From the human T2T-CHM13v2.0 reference genome, Homo sapiens, in assembly GCF_009914755.1 (NCBI RefSeq), contig NC_060939.1: 64,000 nt of DNA; one strand, written 5' to 3'. Positions 53,590-64,000 of this stretch are shown piece after piece. Every line of letters starts with the position of its first letter. Positions within the stretch are counted from its first letter, which is position 1. Both the position numbers and the translations under genes were made by a program. Below the pieces are notes generated by a model that made no database searches, had not been told where the DNA came from, and worked only from the letters and a program-made list of their open reading frames with translations.

Positions 53590-56298
53590 TTATTTTCTTA
53601 AATTTTGCCCAAGGTAACGTTATATATCCCACCACTTCATTGCTGGTTTGGGTACATAGGATTTTGAAAGTGGTATATTAAAGTCTTTCCTTCCAAGTAT
53701 TTTGTAATACTTGAAAATTCTTAGATGTATACTGCTAACAAAAGTTAGAACTTAAACATTTTTGTTTTTATCATTTATAGCCTAGATTAGGGACATATTT
53801 GCATCAACCAAATCATCATTAGATTTGAAAATAGGCAGATGAATGAACAAATATGGTCATTGCACTTTCCTTTTACTTTCAGAGTCTAAGTATATTCCTT
53901 AAGGTTAGTAACCAGTCTTTATTAAAAATATAAAATTTTTCTTCATGTCTAATCCCATTGCATCCACAATGCTGTGATTTATAGTACATGATCAACACTT
54001 AAAAGTACTTTACATATGTGTGTTTCTGAAGCAAGTTTTCATGACCTCTGTTAGATTCTCAAAAGAATTCAGAACTTCAATTTAAGAATCACCATTTTAA
54101 GAATACATGTGTACATATACACATTAAGCAGTATAAAGCAGCTAAAATTGGCATTGGTTTTACACTGGTGCAGTGTGCTTAGGTAAAGTAACTTCTTCCA
54201 TGTTTCAAGGTCAGGTTCAGAGTTGAATGAAGTGTAGATTTAAATTTAGGATTAGGCTTTGGAATATATCTTGTTTTTATTGTCTCACATTTCTGATATT
54301 GACTACTTATCCCATATTCTGTTTCAAATTCTTTATCATATTTCAAGTTCTTTCTCATACTTCTTGATCTTGGCTTAACTAAGCAAGTTAGTATCAGAGA
54401 CTAGTTGACTGAACCCAAGATTAAACATTTTGCACTTGCACAAAACCTTCTTAGCATTTTGCTTTCAATGAATCAGAAAGTCAATTCACTAAGAGACAGA
54501 TCATGAGAGGAAAGAGAACTAGAGGCCAATAAATAAAATAATTGTTCATATATTAATGTTCACATGTGAACTACATATCTAAAATCTTGGAGAAAAATCA
54601 AGGCAAGAATTTCCAGAACTGTCCTCAAATAGCTCATTTATTTAAGTTTTGTTAAAAAGCAAAAGCGAATTGATTACATTTGATTAACTTTTCCTATTCC
54701 ATGCACAAGTTACCTTAAAACATGATAAAAACCTTATGGGCATTACCTATCACACAGTACTTATGCATAAACTTATAATAGTAAAATTACTAATGTTTGA
54801 TAAAATAAGATGGAGGCATTACAAATAGTCTACAGTTTGTATTTTAAGGAATTGGACATGAAGAATTCTAGATCATTTTGTGTCTATAAACCCGACTTTC
54901 TATCTTGCCTTGGGCAAACTTTCTGTGCCTCAATGTACTCTTTAAATATGTGAAGGATGCTCTTTTTGATTAAGTGTTTTGCACTCCTGAATAAAGGGCA
55001 TAGTATAAGCACAAAGTATGACTTAATTTATCACAAATATTACACATCCTATGTTCTTGAATGTGCACACTTTTTTCTCAATAACAAAATATATCTTAAG
55101 TCAGTTTTTTTAATGCTGTCAAAATTTGTAGAATTTTCTTTGAGTATGGCATGATCTCTTCCCAAATGCATTTTACAGTTTTTTGTGTGTTCTATAGACT
55201 ATAGAGTCAAAATCAAGAGTATTTTGAGAGGATCAGAAGCATTTAAAAATCTATTTTTTTCTAGTATCTTTCACAGATCTAAATATTTAGATTCTCTTTG
55301 CCTTTTTCTCCATGGAATACGGTGGTATCAAATTACTAATACAGTATATAAACTTCGTTTGCATTGGTGGAATTCATTTAGATCTCTCAAGTAATATTAT
55401 TTTAGGGCTATATAAATTGTGTTTTTAGTGTAAAATGTTATTTGATAATGTGAAGTTAAATCCCTTTTAGAAAGTGACTGAAAATGGTAAAGGAACTCAT
55501 CAGAATCTTAGCGTTCTTAAGTTCTCTGATAATTTAGTATATTTTATTAATGATGTCCAACACCTCTAAGATTGTTGAGAAAACATGAAGAATTGAGGTT
55601 ACTCTTCTCAGGTGACACTTTAAATATTAAAATCAGAGGCTTCCTGAACAAAACAAATTGCAAAATAGCGATAATGGCATGGGAGAGGCCAGATGCAGGA
55701 CTCTGGTAAATTTAACTTACTTTGAATATCTATCTAAATTTTAGTTCATGCATGTTCTTACTTAATCCTGGTGTTTTTGCTCTTAGATGTTAGAGTTTAA
55801 TAAATTGTGATACGCATATATTTTTTTACATGAAGGATTCTACTTTCTAATTTTACTTTTCTGATCTCAAGAAAATTAAACTTGAAAAACGGGGTAAAAT
55901 TCTTCAACTATTGCCTCAAGTTCAGTTTTGTCCTATTGTCCTGAGAAAGGAGATTTAGACTTGTCTGCCTAACACAGGTATTTTTTAGGGCATCGTACTA
56001 TCCCAGAGAAAGTGTTGAGATACCATGGCAGAAATATAAAACCTAAGCTTTGAACCCCAGTAGACTTCTTCTTCTGCCATTAAGTCTCTCTTTATCTGAT
56101 ATTCTAAGGATTTCTTCAAACTACTTAATAATTTGTCACCATTAACTTTAATATCCAGTTTTAATCTGCACTGTAATATCCTGCTTTGAGAAGAAAGAAT
56201 GCCTCATAAATTAGAGAAGTACAAAACAAAATGTTTTGGAAGGTGATCCTGGCTCCTTTGGCTCTCATAATTGTTTTATAGCTGAAAATAAAAAGTCA

Positions 56299-56643
<345 letters not shown>

Positions 56644-57893
56644 TCAAATCAGTGATCTGTCAAAATAGGCCTTGTAACTGAAATACCTTACAAAGCAGTT
56701 CTAACTAATGCAATGTGTTTTTTAAAAATTTTTAATGAACCTTACATTGTGAACATAATTGCAACATGTTTTAAGACAAACAGTATTTAATCCTTGAAGA
56801 CCTGTCTTGTATGTCTCTCAATTTTGTCAGAATTTTTATTATTGTTTTTCACATATGTGAAATAAGCAGTTTTTTCAGGGTACATAGGGTATCTTTGTTT
56901 TACAGATTTTTAAAGATGAGGTTTTGAAAAGCCCTCAGAGGTTTTTGTTAAAAGACTATCTTGCTTAATAAATGACAACTTGTTAACAGATTCACACATT
57001 ACAAGTAGGACAGTATAACAGGAGATTGGTGTGTGAATGCTACAAAACAGTCAGCAAAAGGAATCATGTTTGCTTGTGAAACTTCAGAGGTACCCTGAAA
57101 GTCATTTCCTAAAGCTAGTGCATGTGAATCTTTTCCTTGAATTGTGCAGAATAATTGGATTGAGGCACATATTTTGAGGAGTAGCAAGTGGAATGGTATA
57201 ATGACTACAGAGAAAATTATCTTGAAATATAGCAAGGAAGAGAAACAAGTTTTCTTTCTCCACTTTATTGTTGGACTAATTGGGTCAATTTGCTGTGACA
57301 TATCAAAGATCTCTTTGTGCCAGGCCAAGACTGGCTACTGAGTTCTCAAAGCGTTTTAATATATAGATTACGTATGAGTGCCTATTTTTTCCTCCTCCTT
57401 TCATTTTTTATCTTAATACCCATTTTACTTCTGAAATAATTCATCTGTTTTGCTTTATGACCAGCTTTAATTTCAATTGAGGAATAATAACAACCCTAGA
57501 GATTCATAGGAAAGAGCATTGAAATACATTTTTTGCATAAAGATACCTAAAACCATCTACCCAGCTTAGGGTTGAACTGAATTTCTGTGAAATAAATTTG
57601 TTTTAAATACTAATTATTTTAAAACTGCTTAATTCTTAAAAACAATGTCATCAGTTTCAAAAGTTTCACTTTGGGAGGATATTCCTTAAAAGGCATACAT
57701 AGATGGTAAAGTATAAAATATTTCTGACAGAATTATTCAGTATTATTCAACATTTACTTTCATGTTTGTTATTGTACCACAAAGATAGTGTCATTGTTGG
57801 GTTAAAATGTTGGCTGTTTTTGTTAATATACTTAAAACTGTAACCAGTGAATAACACCTGTAGTATTTTTTATTATAGATTATATTTTATTTC

Positions 57894-57945
57894 AATAAAC
57901 TTTGATATTTAGACCAAAGTCTGTTCGCTCTGTATATTCATGTCA
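57894..57945 (+). terminator. Probable distal polyadenylation signal of MINDY2
   Basis: AATAAA at 57894-57899 with upstream TGTA motifs (about 57839 and 57859), a CA at about 57915, then GU-rich gtctgttcgctctgtatattcatgtc. Confidence 0.7.
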
Positions 57946-58264
57946 TTAAGCTACAAAGTTAAGAAAGATGAGCGGGGAGATGGGGAACTGACATATTGAT
58001 TCACATTTACCTATAACTCTTAGAATATTAGGGCCAACTTTTGATAAAGAGAAAATTTCCCCACTCCCAGGAAGTAAACAGTTAACTCTAAACCATGTTA
58101 AAAAATTAGCTGGGTGTGGTAGCATGTGCCTGAAGTCCCAGCTACTCAGGAAGCTGAGGTGGGAGGATCACCTGAGCCCAGGAAGGCTGAGGCTGCAGTG
58201 AGCCATGATCATGTCACTGCAGTCTAGCCTGAGCAACAGAGTGAGACCCTGTGTCAAAAAAAAA

Positions 58265-60640
<2,376 letters not shown>

Positions 60641-60839
60641 TGTGTAAGAGGAGTTCCGGTGAGCTCTGTGCACATGTGCGCGGAGGTAAAGAGGCTTGGG
60701 AGGCCTCGCCTGAGAGAGTGAGCCAAGGACATGGAGAGACAGTGTATTACAAAAGGTGCCTTGTACCTTGTCCAAGGACACAGAGCTGGTGGGAGGCAGA
60801 GCTGGAATTTGCTCCAGAGCCTTTGTGCTGTAGGACAGG

Positions 60840-61450
60840 CTGCGGGAGGAGCTGCAGGACTGAGGTACAGAAGCCGCGGAAGGGGCCCAACGAGGGGCAG
60901 AGCCGGCACTTGACTCCGTGGGATCCCACGAGACAGACACCCTTTCCTCACCGCCCGAGTGAGCGCCGCCCCTCACAGAGACCTCTTTGCACCCTGGGCC
61001 ACGCGGGGCAGGCGCTGCCGTCCAGGAGGCCCCATGGAGCTGACGGTGCCGCTGAAGCAGGAGGCCGAGGGCCTGGCGCTGGGCTCCTCGTGGCACCGCT
61101 TCCGCCGCTTCCACCTGGGCGAGGCGCCGGGCCCGCACGAGGCGCTGGGGCTGCTACGCGCCCTGTGCCGGGACCGGCTGCGGCCCGAGGTGCACACCAA
61201 GGAGCAGATGCTGGAGCTGCTGGTGCTGGAGCAGTTTCTGAGCGCGCTGCCAGCCGACACGCAGGCCTGGGTGTGCAGCCGTCAGCCGCTAAGCTGGGAG
61301 GAGGCGGTGGCCCTGCTGGAAGAGTTCTGGGTGAGCCTGACGGGGCTGCGACGGGGGAGGGGAGGAGGCAGGGGAGCGGGGAAGCCAGGAGGAAGCGGAG
61401 GGAAAACCGCTGCTTAGCCCCCGAAAACCAGTGTGACCCACGGTGGGGAG
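60840..61450. promoter_or_regulatory. CpG-island-like region over the SCAN copy
   Basis: Visibly GC-rich with many retained CpGs (cgcggggc, cgccgc, gcgccggg) against an AT-rich, CpG-poor background. Confidence 0.65.
61034..61417 (+). pseudogene. ZNF444P1: ZNF444-derived SCAN-domain copy (likely ZNF444P1): 99-codon SCAN exon (61034-61330) plus 28 codons of read-through past the retained donor
   Basis: [80 protein letters not shown]... is about 89% identical to the ZNF444 N-terminus as I recall it. Donor TGG|gtgagc at 61331. No zinc fingers in the window. Confidence 0.85.
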
Positions 61451-61967
61451 GCCATGGCGCAGCAAGGAGGGACAGTCCATGTGGGGCTCCATCCAACACC
61501 AGCTGCAAGTCAGTAGGGCCCCCAAGACCTTGGCATACTTGCGAGTTCTCTAGAAGGACTCACAGCCATGTTCACAGTCACGGCTTATCACAGAGAAGGA
61601 CGCGCTGGAAGCAGCCAGGAAGAGGGCCCGGAAGGCTCCACGGAGACCAGTTATCAGCTGTCCTCTCCCTTCACTCCTCCCGGCACGCAGGGAGTGTTGC
61701 CAGCCAGGGACCCTCCTCAGATCTTGGTGTCCCGGGTTCTTACTGGGGACTCCTCCCCGATCTGTGTGGCTGACCTCAGCCTCCAGCCCCGGAAGCTCAA
61801 GGATACCACCTGGCCCAAACTCCACCCCAAATCCATCTTGCTGTCGGGCTGGCCTGAGGGCCCCAGGCAGTCAGACCCTCCTCATGCGCGAGACACCAAG
61901 GGCTCAGAGATGACTTCCCGAGGGCGGAGGGCAAAAGCCAGGCCTCTCTCTGGGCAGGTTTGGATTC

Positions 61968-62297
<330 letters not shown>

Positions 62298-62324
62298 CCA
62301 GGTTTGGATTCTTTCACACAGCAG

Positions 62325-62515
62325 GTATGGGCCGACTCACTGTCTGGGGCCCGCCCAGCCCAGCCCAGCAACTGTGTTTGTGAAGTCTTGGTGCACAGCC
62401 ACACCCATTCACTTACGTCATCTGTGGCTGACTCTTGCCACCGTGACTATGACAGAGAGCCTGAGAAGCTGGAAGCATTTCCTGTCTTGCCCTGTAGGGG
62501 AAGCTTGCATCCTGG
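62325..62515. mobile_element. MER58-type DNA transposon remnant
   Basis: cacagccacacccattcacttacgt...tgtggctg...tgacagaga. Confidence 0.6.
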
Positions 62516-62606
62516 TTTAGAGTACGCTCTCCAGGGAGGATGTGTAAGGTGAACCGCAGACGCCATCTTACGTGTTCTAGTCGCCACGTTAAAAAAAGTG
62601 AAAAGA

Positions 62607-62999
<393 letters not shown>

Positions 63000-63544
63000 T
63001 CACGTGCCCGGTGGGGGCTGTGTGGGGCCTGGGTGATGAGCAGCGGGCAGCCACGCAGAGACCTCTGAGAAGAGTGGTCCAGGCCACAGGAACAGCCAGT
63101 GCAAAGGCCCTGAGGCGCCTCGAGCAGCAGAGGGGCCCGTGAGTAAGGGAGTGTTAGCAGTGAGGCTGGAGTCACCAGTGGTGGGAGGGTGAAGAGTCAG
63201 AGCAGTCGGGTGTTCATCGTAGGTGTGTACCGAGTGCCTGCTGGGTGCTGGGATGTAGCAGCAGAAAGGGGGCATCTAGGTGAGGCAAAGCGAGCAAAAG
63301 CCTTCAGTCCACAGCAGCCGGGGGTCCTTCCTTTCTTCCAGAGGGAACAGCTCCTGTCAAGGCTGCCACTTGGCTTCTGCGCCACCCAACTCAGTGGCCT
63401 TGTCCCTCTGCCTTCTTATGCAGCCTGACCAGCCCCCAAACACTCTCCCCTCTTACTGTCTGGGATACAGCTCGCCCCTCCTCTGCTCCCGCCTCCCAGC
63501 ACCTCTGTGCTGACTCTGGCTTCTCTATCCTCACCCTCCTTCCG

Positions 63545-64000
63545 GGTCAGTGTTCCCTAAAGTGGGTTGTAACAAATCACCACAAACCCAGCAGCTTACA
63601 AATAACGCACATCTGTTATCGTTCTGGAGGTCAGAAGTCCAAAATGGGTCTCACTGCCCAAAATCAAGGTGTTTGCAGAGCCACGTTCCTTCCTGAGGCT
63701 CTAGAGGAGAATCCGTTTCCTGCCTTTTCCAGGTCCTAGAGGCTGCCTGCATTCCTCGGCTCATGGCTCTTCCTCTGTCCTCAGAGTGCTGCACTCCAAC
63801 TTCTGCTTCCGTCTCCCTATCTCTCCTCTGACCTTGACCCTCTTAGGTCCTGTGGTCACTTCATAGGATGCCTGTGATGACATTGAGCCCATCAGGATAA
63901 TTTAGGATAGTTTCCCCGTGTCAATGCTTAATTCCTTCCCGTCTGCAGAGTCCCTGTTGGCCTGTGAGACAGCATGTGGCAGGTTCTGGGGATCAGGCCA
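63545..64000. mobile_element. MLT1 (MaLR) LTR, MLT1C-like
   Basis: tgtaacaaatcaccacaaac...gttctggaggtcagaagtccaaaat...gaggctctagaggagaatcc. Confidence 0.8.

Overview
Primate (human-like) genomic DNA, AT-rich and very Alu-dense (about 75-80 Alu copies or fragments, plus L1, L2, MIR, DNA-transposon and LTR remnants). The + strand carries the 3' half of the K48-specific deubiquitinase gene MINDY2 (FAM63B). Six coding exons (6240-6398, 17727-17829, 27779-27921, 43302-43475, 47775-47969, 50497/50500-50625) splice in frame to 300 aa containing the catalytic His (FFRNNHFS), two MIU ubiquitin-binding motifs and a C-terminal CaaX box (CVIL). A 3' UTR of about 7.3 kb follows. The most unexpected signal is on the - strand inside the intron after the 17727-17829 exon. 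About 18600-21540 looks like a heavily decayed, two-exon class A (rhodopsin-like) GPCR gene. Its TM3 Cys, DR(H), ICL2 and TM4 Trp fall at canonical spacing once two small indels are repaired. A TM6 FxxSYxP motif, a GT-AG intron and a signal-peptide-like start are also present, and three Alus interrupt it. It is a candidate unannotated unitary pseudogene. Other notable items: (1) a HERV-K(HML-2) LTR5 solo LTR with a perfect 6-bp TSD; (2) a GC-rich ZNF444-derived SCAN-domain copy that keeps its downstream splice donor and starts abruptly inside an old L1; (3) several candidate splicing switches for MINDY2, including an Alu exon that would remove the CaaX box yet escape NMD; (4) a poly(A)-only retrotransposition scar. 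Gene names, residue numbers and repeat subfamilies are recalled from memory, not database searches, and repeat boundaries are approximate.
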